Shown: piece after piece, positions 9,981 to 22,276 of the stretch
Numbering within the stretch: the first letter of the stretch is position 1
How the letters are laid out: each line of letters opens with the position of its first letter
From: Patescibacteria group bacterium
Lineage (GTDB): Bacteria > Patescibacteriota > Gracilibacteria > UBA4473
Assembly: GCA_965660445.1 (NCBI GenBank)
Contig: CBFIAK010000001.1
Span: 128,001-192,000 of the forward strand
Reading direction: 5' to 3'
Length of the DNA stretch: 64,000 nt
Translations under genes and position numbers: made by a program
The notes under the pieces: generated by a model
The model's database searches: none
Told to the model about the DNA's origin: nothing
What the model saw: only the letters and a program-made list of their open reading frames with translations

Positions 9981-10879
9981 TACCAGAAAAATATATCAAA
10001 AGTATAGGTCCAGAAAAATACAATTGCAAAAACAAGAAGCGTCAGATACACCAATGCTTTCGTCGTATAAGCCGTTTTCATAAGAAGTAAAGCTTTTATA
10101 TCAATCATCGGGCCAAAAACAAGAAAAGCAACAAGGCTCGCTGGGCTAAACTGGTGTGCATACGCAAGAGCAAAAAATGCATCCGTAGTTGAACAAATAG
10201 AGATCACAAATGCCAACCCCATCATCGCTAAAATTGAAAGAATGGGTGTTTGAGCAATAGAAACAATCATTTCACGAGGAAAAAATGCTTGCATACTCGC
10301 AGCAACAAAAGCTCCAAAAATCATAACACTTGCCATATGTAAAAATTCTGAAGACGTATGAACAAAAAGGGTTTGAATTTTTGACCACAGTGGTTGAGAA
10401 GTATGACTATGAGTACAGCAATCTTGGTCGTTCGAGAACTCTTTTCGAACAATTTCTTCTGAAGGTGCCATAGAAAACAAACTCCCTACAACAGTAGCAA
10501 CAAAAAAACCAAGAATAATACGCCCCCACCAAATAATAGGCGTATCTGGGAACGCAACAATGGTCGTAATAATAACGATAGGATTTAAAATAGGAGCTCC
10601 GAGTAAAAAACTAATTGAAGCACCTGCTGGTATATTTTTTCGAATCAATTGTCGAGCCACTGGTACGTTTCCACACTCACAAACAGGAAAAAACATGCCC
10701 CACAAACTCACACTCGCACATCCCAAAATTGGGTTTTTAGGAATATAAGACAGTGCTGTTTCCGTTCGAACAAACACATGAATATAAGAAGAAACCAGAC
10801 TCCCCAAAAGAATAAAAGGGAATGCTTCAATAACGATTCCTAAAAACAAAGTGACTCCATCATAAAATGCTGTAGGCAT
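9980..10879 (-). CDS. YraQ/YcgR (UPF0718/ArsP-type) permease
   Basis: EAFPFILLG, PVCECG, APILNP, His/Cys loop CCTHSH, SICSTTDAF, GPMIDIK. Confidence 0.88.
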   Translation of the reverse strand: MPTAFYDGVTLFLGIVIEAFPFILLGSLVSSYIHVFVRTETALSYIPKNPILGCASVSLWGMFFPVCECGNVPVARQLIRKNIPAGASISFLLGAPILNPIVIITTIVAFPDTPIIWWGRIILGFFVATVVGSLFSMAPSEEIVRKEFSNDQDCCTHSHTSQPLWSKIQTLFVHTSSEFLHMASVMIFGAFVAASMQAFFPREMIVSIAQTPILSILAMMGLAFVISICSTTDAFFALAYAHQFSPASLVAFLVFGPMIDIKALLLMKTAYTTKALVYLTLLVFAIVFFWTYTFDIFFW

Positions 10880-10888
10880 AGAATGAGG

Positions 10889-11389
10889 TTAAAAAAGAAA
10901 AAAAGAAAGCGCCATTCCAATCATCAATAAGTCTTCAATAATAGTAATAACACTCATAGGAAGCTGAAACCCTACCCCCAAGCAAGCACATTGTATGGTT
11001 TGTTTTCCGAGCACACTTTTACAAACCCCGATAATACTTATACCCAAAACAAAAAGAACCGCTCCATGCAGGTAAGGATGATTAATACCTCGTAAATACA
11101 AAACTCCAAAAACAAGTTCTATAAAAGGATAAATCCATGCCCAAAAAGGAATGTATTTCGATGGAATATCGTATCGTTTATAGGCGTTCACAAACCCAGG
11201 CAAATCAAGAAGTTTAAAAAAGGAGAAAACAAGAAAAAATAATCCCATAAAATCGCTCATCCACAATACTGAGCTCCCGCGAATCCATGATAAATGACCA
11301 ACACCTCCGATAATAAAAAGAAGAATCAGAAATAAGGGGAAATAAGTTTTTAACGAACGTTTTGGCAACTCAGTTGATGTATGATCCAT
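10889..11389 (-). CDS. MauE/DoxX-like membrane protein, heavy-metal associated family
   Basis: FFKLLDL.GF, YPFIEL, IQCACLG, EDLLM. Confidence 0.75.
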   Translation of the reverse strand: MDHTSTELPKRSLKTYFPLFLILLFIIGGVGHLSWIRGSSVLWMSDFMGLFFLVFSFFKLLDLPGFVNAYKRYDIPSKYIPFWAWIYPFIELVFGVLYLRGINHPYLHGAVLFVLGISIIGVCKSVLGKQTIQCACLGVGFQLPMSVITIIEDLLMIGMALSFFLF

Positions 11390-11440
11390 AGAGAAAAATA
11401 CTAAAAATATAGGCCAAGTATAGATTGTGTTTTTGAAAAA

Positions 11441-13387
11441 TCAAAATGTTCGTCCGGCTTTCTGCACAGATTCAAGAAGTGATTGCGGATTCGGATCTCG
11501 ATGCATATACGCACGAAAAAGGTCTGCACTTGATTTTGATGATCCTTGCGATAAAAATGCATCATAATAATGCGTTCCATTTTCGCGTGTAAATCCACGT
11601 GATTGAAATTCTGAATACGCATCAATACTGAGTACTTCAGCCCATTTATAACTATAATATCCAGCACTATATCCACCTGAAAATATGTGCTGAAACGAAC
11701 ACTGAAACTTATTCCATGACGGATAAGAGATATTCAATTCTGACCGAACAGTATCAAGTACTGTTTGTACATCTTGAGCAGAAGCAATAACCTGTGTATG
11801 AATACGCATATCAAAAAGAGCAAACTCTAATTGTCTTATGGTCGCATTTCCTTCCCAAAAAACACGCTGTTTCTCAAGCTTTGAAAGGAGTTCTTGAGGA
11901 ATTGGTTCATGTGTTTTATAATGACGAGCAAAGTTTTTTAAAAGTGAAGGTTCAAAACAAAACCCTTCTAAAAACTGAGAACTCCACTCTACAGTGTCCC
12001 ACTCAACACCTTCAATACCACTTACTGTAATATCTGATTGTTCACTACAAATATGCTGCAATACATGTCCCATTTCATGAAAAAGAGTGACGACTTCAGT
12101 ATGGGTTAAGAGCGATGGTAAGGTATGAGTGGAAGGCGTAAAATTAGCCGTTATAAAAGCAATTGGTAAATCTTTTTGATGATCAGAGTAAGCGTATCCA
12201 GTGGTCATATGACTCATCCATGCTCCCTCACGCTTATTTTCACGAGCGGTAAGATCCATATACACTCTTGCTTTTAGCTGATTATCTTTCCAGACATCAA
12301 AACACTGTACATCTTCTTCCCACGTTTCAACATTTGTATTTTCTTCAAACCGAAGACCAAACAGATGAAGCAAAATATCAAATAGTCCTTTTTGAACCGC
12401 TTGTCTTTCAAAATAAGGACGAATCTCATTTTCATCAAATTGCAGTGACCCTTTCTTGTATTGTTCTACAAAATAAGCTCTATCCCATTGCTGTAAGTCA
12501 AGAATACCTGAGTGAGATTCTGCAAATAATTGTAGATACTCATTTTCTTGGTCACGTAACGGTAAGAAATCTTTTTTCACTTTATCGAGAAAATCAAACA
12601 CATCTTGAGGCTTATCTGCCATCTTAAAGACGAGTGATAAATCGGCATAGGTTTTAAACCCTAATAATCGTGCTTTTTCTTGGCGAAGCGTTAGTATTTT
12701 TTCGATAATTGGCTCGTTATCAATTGCTCTTGTACTATACGCTTTATAGAGTTTTTCACGCACAGACCGATTATTTCCGTATCTCATATAAGCCATATAA
12801 GAAGGAGCTTGAAGGGTGAATCGGTATCCATCTTTGTCTTTATGCCGAGCTCTTTCATCTTCTGGAAAATCTTGAACATCTTCTTCTGAGACGGTAATGG
12901 AAAAAGCGGCGGTATCACGAATCACATTTTGAGTAAATGTATGTGATAGGTCTGACAGTTCCGCGTTTATTGATTTGAGTCTATTTTTCGTGGTTACATC
13001 AAGCCCGATTCCTTTCAGGCGAAATTGCTGAAGTATATGGGTAATAAAACGGTTTTGATAAGGAAGTAAATCTTGAGACAGCAGTGATTCAAACGCCTTA
13101 TAAAGGTCTTCTCGCTGGGCAAGCGTGTCATACCATTCTGATTCAATGCGCAATGATTGAGCTTCTAGTTCTTGAATTTTATCGGTTGATTTAACGGCAC
13201 TTATATGATGCAGTCGAAAAGTAAACTCATGAATAGATTCAAGAATAAGAGCATATGGGGTTACAAACTCATCCCAGGTAAAGAGAGATTGTTCAAGAAG
13301 ATGGTCAATAGACTGAGTAGATTGCTTTAAAAATGTAGTTAAATCTGTTATATATGTGGGATAATGGGGTTCTTGGAAAGACTTCAT
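11441..13387 (-). CDS. prlC: M3-family metallopeptidase (oligopeptidase A)
   Basis: KREGAWM, TLFHEMGH, EWDTVE, HIFSGGYSAGYYSYKWAE. Confidence 0.9.
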   Translation of the reverse strand: MKSFQEPHYPTYITDLTTFLKQSTQSIDHLLEQSLFTWDEFVTPYALILESIHEFTFRLHHISAVKSTDKIQELEAQSLRIESEWYDTLAQREDLYKAFESLLSQDLLPYQNRFITHILQQFRLKGIGLDVTTKNRLKSINAELSDLSHTFTQNVIRDTAAFSITVSEEDVQDFPEDERARHKDKDGYRFTLQAPSYMAYMRYGNNRSVREKLYKAYSTRAIDNEPIIEKILTLRQEKARLLGFKTYADLSLVFKMADKPQDVFDFLDKVKKDFLPLRDQENEYLQLFAESHSGILDLQQWDRAYFVEQYKKGSLQFDENEIRPYFERQAVQKGLFDILLHLFGLRFEENTNVETWEEDVQCFDVWKDNQLKARVYMDLTARENKREGAWMSHMTTGYAYSDHQKDLPIAFITANFTPSTHTLPSLLTHTEVVTLFHEMGHVLQHICSEQSDITVSGIEGVEWDTVEWSSQFLEGFCFEPSLLKNFARHYKTHEPIPQELLSKLEKQRVFWEGNATIRQLEFALFDMRIHTQVIASAQDVQTVLDTVRSELNISYPSWNKFQCSFQHIFSGGYSAGYYSYKWAEVLSIDAYSEFQSRGFTRENGTHYYDAFLSQGSSKSSADLFRAYMHRDPNPQSLLESVQKAGRTF

Positions 13388-13488
13388 ATCGAAAAAAATA
13401 AATCAGAACTTATTGTAAACGAAAAAAACAAAATAGAAAAAAAAGAAAAAATAAATATACTCTTTGTTGTAATTCTTCTTTTTTTCTT

Positions 13489-14124
13489 ATGACACAAACG
13501 ATTATTATTCTTCATGGTTCTCCTGAAGTAGAAAGCAATTCAAGTACAATGGCTCATGAATTTGCACAAGCCATACTAAAGGAATCGCCATCAACACTTA
13601 TAGAGCATGTCTATTTACGGGATATTCCATTTGAATACTATTCATATAAAGCAAAAACACCTCTTGAGTCAGAAACAGAATTTAAAACACTCACTGATAA
13701 AATACAAAGAGCTGATGCACTTGTTATTGCAACACCGGCTTATAATTTTAGCGTACCAGCAAAACTAAAAAACTTCATTGATCGTATAGGATTTTTTGCA
13801 CTTGATTACACAAAAAAAACAAAACTTGGACAACCTCGACCACAGCTACAGTATTTACGTACATTTTTTCTCGTATCAGGCGGAACTCCTTGTGCGATGA
13901 AAAAATGCTTATTTTTTCTTTTTCCTGATTTTTGGTTATGGGCAATATTTCAATACTATGGAGCAAAAACATATGGGTCTTTATATGGAGGAAATTTGAG
14001 CTATACGACTCCCGCAAAAAAAGATTTAGATCTCTTAAAAAAGTGTCAAGAATGCGGAAAATCGTTCATTCGAAAAGTAGAAAAAAACATCAAATCTAAA
14101 AAAGAGCAAAAAAGTGAAAAATAA
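13489..14124 (+). CDS. Flavodoxin-like NAD(P)H-dependent oxidoreductase
   Basis: HGSP...SNS, ADALVIATPAYNFSVPAKLKNFIDR. Confidence 0.85.
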   Translation: MTQTIIILHGSPEVESNSSTMAHEFAQAILKESPSTLIEHVYLRDIPFEYYSYKAKTPLESETEFKTLTDKIQRADALVIATPAYNFSVPAKLKNFIDRIGFFALDYTKKTKLGQPRPQLQYLRTFFLVSGGTPCAMKKCLFFLFPDFWLWAIFQYYGAKTYGSLYGGNLSYTTPAKKDLDLLKKCQECGKSFIRKVEKNIKSKKEQKSEK

Positions 14125-14126
14125 AT

Positions 14127-14155
14127 TTGACAAACAAAGACGTTCTTCCTACAAT
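14127..14155 (+). promoter_or_regulatory. 16S rRNA promoter
   Basis: TTGACA-17-TACAAT. Confidence 0.8.
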
Positions 14156-14192
14156 CTCGTGGCTTTTGATAAAGAAGCATTTATTGAAGAAG

Positions 14193-15956
<1,764 letters not shown>

Positions 15957-15990
15957 TTTTCTTTATATAAAAAAACTCAGAATTCAAACC

Positions 15991-16025
15991 AAAAAAATCA
16001 CAAAGTGTTACTTTGTGATTTTTTT
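15991..16025 (+). terminator. Intrinsic terminator after the 16S gene
   Basis: AAAAAAATCACAAAGT-GTT-ACTTTGTGATTTTTTT. Confidence 0.75.
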
Positions 16026-16520
16026 GTGATTCCTAATTCATACTTTTAAATCTCTGATATTGAAGATAAAAAATAGAGACCGGTCTCTGTTTTAAGAAAA
16101 AGGAACAATCATAAGGCTGTGCACCACCTTGTGATTCCTGCGCTTCTTGCGATTTTACCAAGATTCAAGATTCCAGATTCTCATTTAGATTCTAGATTCT
16201 AAAACAATATTATAAAATGATTTCAAAAAAACAAAAAAACGCACAACAAAGCCAAAAGTTGGAGACCGGTCTCTAACTTTTGGCTTAAATAAAGCATTCG
16301 GCATGTCAAATTCCCAAGCTTCTATTATTTTTTAATCTATACCTGCTCAAAATGGAGACCGGTCTCTGTTTTAAGAAATAAGGAAAAATCATAAGGCTGT
16401 GCACCACCTTGTGATTCCTGCGCTTCTTGCAATTTTACCAAGGTTCAAGATTCCATGTAGCTTCTGCGATTCCCCATAATTCATAATTCCTACTTCATAC
16501 TTTACACTTCATACTCTATA
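16026..16520. repeat. Composite palindromic repeat element, copy A
   Basis: GAGACCGGTCTC at 16076, 16262, 16355; ~105-bp direct repeat 16071-16175 vs 16350-16455; heptamer arrays; homologous to the reverse complement of 56708-57164. Confidence 0.9.
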
Positions 16521-16528
16521 CTACAACC

Positions 16529-17614
16529 ATGAAACGAATAGCAATTATTATGGCAGGAGGGTCTGGTGAGCGGTTTTGGCCGTTATCAAGAAAATCACAT
16601 CCCAAACAACTCCTCCCTCTCGGACAAACTGAAAATACTATGCTTCAAGAAGCAGTTGATCGCATAAGAGGCATCATTGAACCAGAAGACATCTTCATCG
16701 TCACCTCTGAAATTCTACAGAAACCCATTCAAGACAGCTTCGCAATTCCAAAAGAAAATGTTATTGCTGAACCGTATAAACGAAATACTGCATCATGTCT
16801 TGCCCTTGGGGTTTCCTATGTACTAGCACGCTATAAAGACTCTCATATATCAGTAGCTGTTTTAACAGCTGATCATATTATACAAACCACTGATCAGTTT
16901 CAAAGCACAGTCACAAGAGCTTTGCAATATGCCGAAGAAAATAAAAAAATTACTATTATTGGCATCCCTCCTACCCGACCAGAAACTGGGTATGGATACA
17001 TAGAAAAAGGAAATCTTTTAACGACAGATCAAGAAAAAATATATAGAGTCCTTCAGTTTCGAGAAAAACCAAACGAAATAACGGCTGAAAAATATGTAGA
17101 AAATGGAAACTTTTTATGGAACTCTGGAATGTTTTTCTTTCCTATTGAAACTTTTATAAAAGAATTTCAAACACATCTACCAGAAATTGGAAATTATATA
17201 CAAACTCTTTCGCAAACGTATAGAAATAATAACGTATCTCAACGGAATGAAATATTTCGAATTTTTCCTGATATATCGATCGATTTTGGAGTAATAGAAA
17301 AATCACAATCAGTTGTTATGACTCCTGCTGATTTTCAATGGGATGACGTGGGGGACATAAACTCTATAGAAAGAACAAAAAAAACAGATAAAAATGGAAA
17401 CATCACCATTGGTGCACATTCAATTATCAAGTCTCATAATTGTATTCTTATAAATCAGAGTCGTAATGAAAAAATAGTTGCAACCGTTGGTATGCATAAT
17501 ACCGCTATTATTCTTACCGACGATGCCGTATTGGTTTGCAATCGAAATGATGTACAAAACATAAAAAAAGCCGTAGCAGATATACGAAAAAACTACGGAG
17601 AACAGTATCTTTAA
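16529..17614 (+). CDS. manC: Mannose-1-phosphate guanylyltransferase
   Basis: MAGGSGERFWPLSR..PKQ, EPYKRNTA, PETGYGYI, FREKP, WNSGMF, SIDFGVIEK. Confidence 0.93.
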   Translation: MKRIAIIMAGGSGERFWPLSRKSHPKQLLPLGQTENTMLQEAVDRIRGIIEPEDIFIVTSEILQKPIQDSFAIPKENVIAEPYKRNTASCLALGVSYVLARYKDSHISVAVLTADHIIQTTDQFQSTVTRALQYAEENKKITIIGIPPTRPETGYGYIEKGNLLTTDQEKIYRVLQFREKPNEITAEKYVENGNFLWNSGMFFFPIETFIKEFQTHLPEIGNYIQTLSQTYRNNNVSQRNEIFRIFPDISIDFGVIEKSQSVVMTPADFQWDDVGDINSIERTKKTDKNGNITIGAHSIIKSHNCILINQSRNEKIVATVGMHNTAIILTDDAVLVCNRNDVQNIKKAVADIRKNYGEQYL

Positions 17615-17628
17615 TTAAAAAAGTTTTT

Positions 17629-18912
17629 CTATACAGCAACAATAGCCAATATTCCCATAAATACACTGAGGAATATACCAAAGAATACTCGTTTTAAGAG
17701 CGATTTATCAGCAATAAAAAATACAAAAATAGTTTTCGTAATTGTATTCATAAAGAGCGCAATCATAAGTGCGTTTTTCGCAATATCTAAAGACAAAGTT
17801 CCTGATTTGAGAGCTTCTAAACTAGAAAGAACAATCGAATCAATATCAAACACTCCTGAAAATACAGCCGCCATATACACCCCCAAAGACCCAAGATATT
17901 GTTTCCCAATAGCTAAAGCGAGTAAGACGAGACAAAAAACAAGACCAAACTTTAGAGCAGGAAGAATTTCAAATGGACTTTGTAATTTCATAAACTCTTC
18001 TTTTTTTAGTGTTTCTATATGTTTTCCTCTATTCGCAAAAAAACAAAAATATGTTCCCACCATATAACTCATTAAAGACATAAACACAGGCACAAGTATA
18101 AAACTCTTCATATCAGTCGTCCCTAAAAAATAAACAACCACCGCTACACGCATTTGCATTGTTGCGATAGCAATAAGAATTCCTCCCGATAATACGTTTG
18201 GAAAATGAAATTTCTTTGATAAGTGAGAGAGAGAAAGTGTCACCGCTAAGCTTGAAGTCAATGACCCTAAAAACCCAACCAATGGAATACCGCCCTTGAG
18301 ACCTAAATATTTTAAAAGAAAATACCCAAAAAATCCAATACCCGATATTAAAACGACTAAAAACCAAATATTAAAAGGGATAATGACTCCCCACGGATCA
18401 ATCGCTTCTCGCGAAAGAAGTGGCAGAACAAATACTGAAATAAGACTGAGTTGTAATGCACCTGACCATTCTTGAGTAGTGAGAGTTTGAATAAAATTGT
18501 GTAATGAGTATTTATACGCATTGATCAGTGACAAGAAAAGAACAATCGAAACAGCCAAAAACAATCCTTCATCACCAGATCCAACCAGAACACCAACCCA
18601 AAACACACAAAAAGCAGTCAGTTCTGTTGTAATTCCTTGAATCCCCATTTTAAACCGTGCATGATAATAGGCAATAGCCATAAGAATAACAAACGCAACA
18701 AAAAAATACAGAGGAAGAAATGGGACACTCGGAATAAATGTGGAAAGGGTTCCACAAAAAGCAACAAGAAATAATGATCGAAAACCCATAAACTCGTGGT
18801 GTACAGAATACCTCTTTGTATCCAATTCTCGTCGAATTCCCAAAAACCCACCCAAAAGACCAGATAAAATGAGTTGTATAATCGGGTTTTGAAACGATAA
18901 AATTTCAACCAT
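17629..18912 (-). CDS. MgtC/SapB-DUF4010 family membrane protein
   Basis: GIRRE, GFRS, GITTE, W.LVVLISGIGF.GY, SSLAVT, GVFDID; start trimmed to MVEIL. Confidence 0.85.
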   Translation of the reverse strand: MVEILSFQNPIIQLILSGLLGGFLGIRRELDTKRYSVHHEFMGFRSLFLVAFCGTLSTFIPSVPFLPLYFFVAFVILMAIAYYHARFKMGIQGITTELTAFCVFWVGVLVGSGDEGLFLAVSIVLFLSLINAYKYSLHNFIQTLTTQEWSGALQLSLISVFVLPLLSREAIDPWGVIIPFNIWFLVVLISGIGFFGYFLLKYLGLKGGIPLVGFLGSLTSSLAVTLSLSHLSKKFHFPNVLSGGILIAIATMQMRVAVVVYFLGTTDMKSFILVPVFMSLMSYMVGTYFCFFANRGKHIETLKKEEFMKLQSPFEILPALKFGLVFCLVLLALAIGKQYLGSLGVYMAAVFSGVFDIDSIVLSSLEALKSGTLSLDIAKNALMIALFMNTITKTIFVFFIADKSLLKRVFFGIFLSVFMGILAIVAV

Positions 18913-18954
18913 CTCTTTATTATACCCGAAAAAAGAAAAAATAGAAAGCAAAAA

Positions 18955-19290
18955 TCACTCTGTATCCGAAAAATCAAGTGCTTGCTTCACACGATCAAGA
19001 GCTGATAATACTTCTTTATACGATTTTTGTGCATCAGACAACGCTGATTGAACTTCCGAAACACGTGCCGCCCCTGAATCTTTTGCTGCAGAAAGGTTGC
19101 GAGAAAGGTCTTGAATCGTTGTTTCAAGTTCTTGTTTTTTTTGTTCTAATTCTGACACATTTGCTGAAGCGACAAACGTTTGAATTTGTTCAACGTTTGG
19201 AATATCTGGCACAGAAAAAGACGCATCGTCTGAACCAAAAACCATCCAAATCCCAATTCCAACCAAAAAAGCTATAATGAGAGAAAACAT
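18955..19290 (-). CDS. Membrane-anchored coiled-coil hypothetical protein
   Basis: N-terminal TM followed by a heptad-rich helix. Confidence 0.65.
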   Translation of the reverse strand: MFSLIIAFLVGIGIWMVFGSDDASFSVPDIPNVEQIQTFVASANVSELEQKKQELETTIQDLSRNLSAAKDSGAARVSEVQSALSDAQKSYKEVLSALDRVKQALDFSDTE

Positions 19291-19293
19291 AGA

Positions 19294-19641
19294 CTATGGA
19301 AGAAATAATTTTCGTACGTCACGATCATGAAAATTTTTAAGAGAATGCATAATATCTTCTACATTTTTAGGAGAGACTTGTGGACGAGGAAGCGCTGATC
19401 TTACTTTGTTGTACATTTTTGGAAGCAATATCCGAAACATAGTATCTGGAATATGTTCTTGAATATCAGCACAAATAGATATTTGCGCCCCACAGTTTTT
19501 ACAAGGCACAAATATATCGGCTTGAGTCTCTTGGACGTTTTTTACTTCCAAAACGTCCTCACTCAGCAATTCTGAGCAACGAGGGCACGGCACATCAGTT
19601 AAAATGGTTTCAATGATATGCTCTAAATAAACAAGCTTCAT
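19294..19641 (-). CDS. Zn-ribbon hypothetical protein
   Basis: CPRC...CKNC. Confidence 0.7.
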   Translation of the reverse strand: MKLVYLEHIIETILTDVPCPRCSELLSEDVLEVKNVQETQADIFVPCKNCGAQISICADIQEHIPDTMFRILLPKMYNKVRSALPRPQVSPKNVEDIMHSLKNFHDRDVRKLFLP

Positions 19642-19732
19642 CAGTTTGTATTGTAATTAAATTTTAAAAATTGCAAATCGAAAGAGTGGTTCTTGAATTT
19701 TTTTTTGTTTTTATCACAATAGGCGTGATTTC

Positions 19733-20788
19733 ATGATTATTCAATCTCTTTCTTCGGTACGAAATACAATAAACCAGATACTCCACTCTCCATTTGGACT
19801 GCAGTTGAGCATCCTTTCGCTTTTTGTTTTGTTTTTAACCAGTTTTCAACCGACATACTTTTTTTGGAATAAAACACCGTTCGGAGACAGTTTGTTTTTT
19901 CAACAAGAACGAATATTCACCATTACAGAAACTGGATTTATTGATAATTTTGCACAAGTTCAAAACACAGGGATTCAAGAAATAACAACCGATGAAGACG
20001 GTAACTTAGTCGCACAAAGAAAACCAAGAAACACCACAAAAGCTCTTGATTACACCGTCAAATCAGGAGACACTCTTTTAAAAATTAGTCATAAATTTGG
20101 TCTGAATGTCTCAACGCTGTTATGGTCAAACAATCTTACTATTAAAGAAACGATAACTCCCGGACAAATACTCACTATTCCTCCTGCTGATGGCGTTTAT
20201 TACACCGTAGAATTGGGAGACACATTAAGTGAAATCGCACAATTACATGATATTAGAGTGCAAGACATCTATCAATATAACGATTTAAATAATGAAGGGA
20301 CTATTCATAGAGGAAAAGAATTATTCTTACCCGATGCAAAAAAGATTTATATTGAACACACACCGTTTCAATCACCGATTCGAAGTGTTGCTTCCGCTCC
20401 ACCAACACTTTCTTCTACGGGACTCAAACTCAAAAAACCAACAACGGGTATCATAACACAAGGGGTTCACGCCGGACACACCGCAATAGATATTGCCAAT
20501 AGTATGAATACGCCTATTTATTCAGCACAAGCTGGAAAAGTTGTCACCGCTGCAGGAGGGTGGAATTATGGATACGGAAATCATGTTATTATTGATCATG
20601 GAAACAATATCCAAACACTTTATGCCCATTTAAATAGTTATAACGTGAAAGTAGGACAACAAATAAAAACTGGTGAACTCATTGGAAAAATGGGAAATAG
20701 TGGAAACGTGATCGGCCCGACAGGAATTCATTTGCATTTTGAAGTCCGAATCAATGGACGAAAAATGAATCCGAATAATTATTTCTAA
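19733..20788 (+). CDS. LysM-LysM-M23 peptidase
   Basis: YTVKSGDTL, YTVELGDTL, HTAID, YAHL, TGIHLHFEV. Confidence 0.92.
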   Translation: MIIQSLSSVRNTINQILHSPFGLQLSILSLFVLFLTSFQPTYFFWNKTPFGDSLFFQQERIFTITETGFIDNFAQVQNTGIQEITTDEDGNLVAQRKPRNTTKALDYTVKSGDTLLKISHKFGLNVSTLLWSNNLTIKETITPGQILTIPPADGVYYTVELGDTLSEIAQLHDIRVQDIYQYNDLNNEGTIHRGKELFLPDAKKIYIEHTPFQSPIRSVASAPPTLSSTGLKLKKPTTGIITQGVHAGHTAIDIANSMNTPIYSAQAGKVVTAAGGWNYGYGNHVIIDHGNNIQTLYAHLNSYNVKVGQQIKTGELIGKMGNSGNVIGPTGIHLHFEVRINGRKMNPNNYF

Positions 20789-20796
20789 ACCCATTT

Positions 20797-22236
20797 ATGT
20801 TTTCTTCTTTCTCTTTGCCCTCGCAACAGTTTCGATTGATTGGGCTTGGAGGATTGTTCGGGTTGTGGAGTATTCAAACTCATCAATTACATCTCCCGCT
20901 TCTTCTTGGAACATGTATAAGTATATTTTTATGGATTGTATGGAGAAAATGGGAGATAATAATATGTATTGCTTTTTTTGGAATGGGGTTTTACAGCAGT
21001 CTATCACATCGAGATATCCAAGAGCATATCCTCCCACTCCATTTTCATAATACGACTGTTGTTTTTGAAGGATGGGTTGATAGTTTTCCTGAAGAAAAAG
21101 AAAAACAAACTCAGTTTATAATCAATGGAAATATACACATCAATAATCGCATTATACAAACTCGAATGCTCGTGCAAGACACAAAAAAAAACGTCTTCCC
21201 TCCAGGTTCTTTTATAGAAGGCGAGGGAAAACTTATGATTCCTCAACCATTTGAAACATTTGATTATGCTCGATACTTACAACGATTACATGTTTATTCA
21301 ATTATAAAACCAACAAATATTGAGCATAAACCGCATCAAGACAAATATTCGTTCACTCGTACAGGGTATACGCTTCGATCTCGGTTTCAAAAAAATATAG
21401 AAGATCATCTCCCCAGTCCTCACCAACAAATTGCTATGGGGATTTTATTTGGTATAAAAAAAGAGCTCCCTCCATATACCGATACTGCATTTTCACGTGC
21501 GGGACTCACGCATATTCTTGTTGTTTCTGGATTTAATGTAACGGTTATAATGCTTATTGTTGGGGCACTTTTACGTCCATTGGGAATGAGTTTGGTTTTT
21601 GTAGGAACGATTCTCATACTTGGATTATTCTTACTCTTAACAGGATTTGATCCGCCTATAATACGTGCAATTTGCATGGGATCATTAAGTGCATGGGCTC
21701 TCAGTATAGGACGAAAATCTGACACAAAAAACATAATTATAATGACATTTCTCATTATTGGGTTGTTCAATCCTCTCATTATACAACGAGATATTGGGTT
21801 CTTTTTAAGTGCTTTTGCAACACTTGCAATAGTGCTGTGGAGCGAAAGTATTGCAAAATACTTTTTGTTTCTGTCAGAAAAAATAAGAACCATACTCAGT
21901 GTCACACTGGCTGCACAAATATCTGTTATGGGACTTATTATTTATTTTTTTGGGAGTTTTCCATTTATAGGACTCGTAAGTAATATAGTTATTGAACCAC
22001 TCGTACCATTAGCAATGGGGCTATCAGCGTTGGTCAGTTTTTTAGGATGGATTCCAAATCCAATAGGAGGAATTATAGCTATTCCTGCAATATCAGTGAT
22101 TGAGGTACTTTTATTTCTTGGAAGTTTTTTTGGAAAAATTGACCCCATAAGCCTTCCTCGTTGGGTTGGGATGATTGGTATAGGAATAGTGATTGCTTTT
22201 TTTCTTCTGTCTCTCTGGCCTCAAAAGAAAAAATAG
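20797..22236 (+). CDS. comEC: ComEC/Rec2 competence protein (no beta-lactamase domain)
   Basis: FDYARYL, AGLTHILVVSGFN, IIRAICMG, DIGFFLS. Confidence 0.9.
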   Translation: MFSSFSLPSQQFRLIGLGGLFGLWSIQTHQLHLPLLLGTCISIFLWIVWRKWEIIICIAFFGMGFYSSLSHRDIQEHILPLHFHNTTVVFEGWVDSFPEEKEKQTQFIINGNIHINNRIIQTRMLVQDTKKNVFPPGSFIEGEGKLMIPQPFETFDYARYLQRLHVYSIIKPTNIEHKPHQDKYSFTRTGYTLRSRFQKNIEDHLPSPHQQIAMGILFGIKKELPPYTDTAFSRAGLTHILVVSGFNVTVIMLIVGALLRPLGMSLVFVGTILILGLFLLLTGFDPPIIRAICMGSLSAWALSIGRKSDTKNIIIMTFLIIGLFNPLIIQRDIGFFLSAFATLAIVLWSESIAKYFLFLSEKIRTILSVTLAAQISVMGLIIYFFGSFPFIGLVSNIVIEPLVPLAMGLSALVSFLGWIPNPIGGIIAIPAISVIEVLLFLGSFFGKIDPISLPRWVGMIGIGIVIAFFLLSLWPQKKK

Positions 22237-22239
22237 CAT

Positions 22240-22267
22240 TTGACAATTTTACAAAAAAAAATAAGGT
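22240..22267 (+). promoter_or_regulatory. rplJL promoter
   Basis: TTGACA-16-TAAGGT. Confidence 0.6.
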
Positions 22268-22276
22268 AGCAAGGTC

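Noticed and set aside
16076-16455. CRISPR array
   Set aside because: Repeats are ~105 bp or 12-bp cores with conserved rather than unique spacers, there are few copies, and no cas genes are visible.
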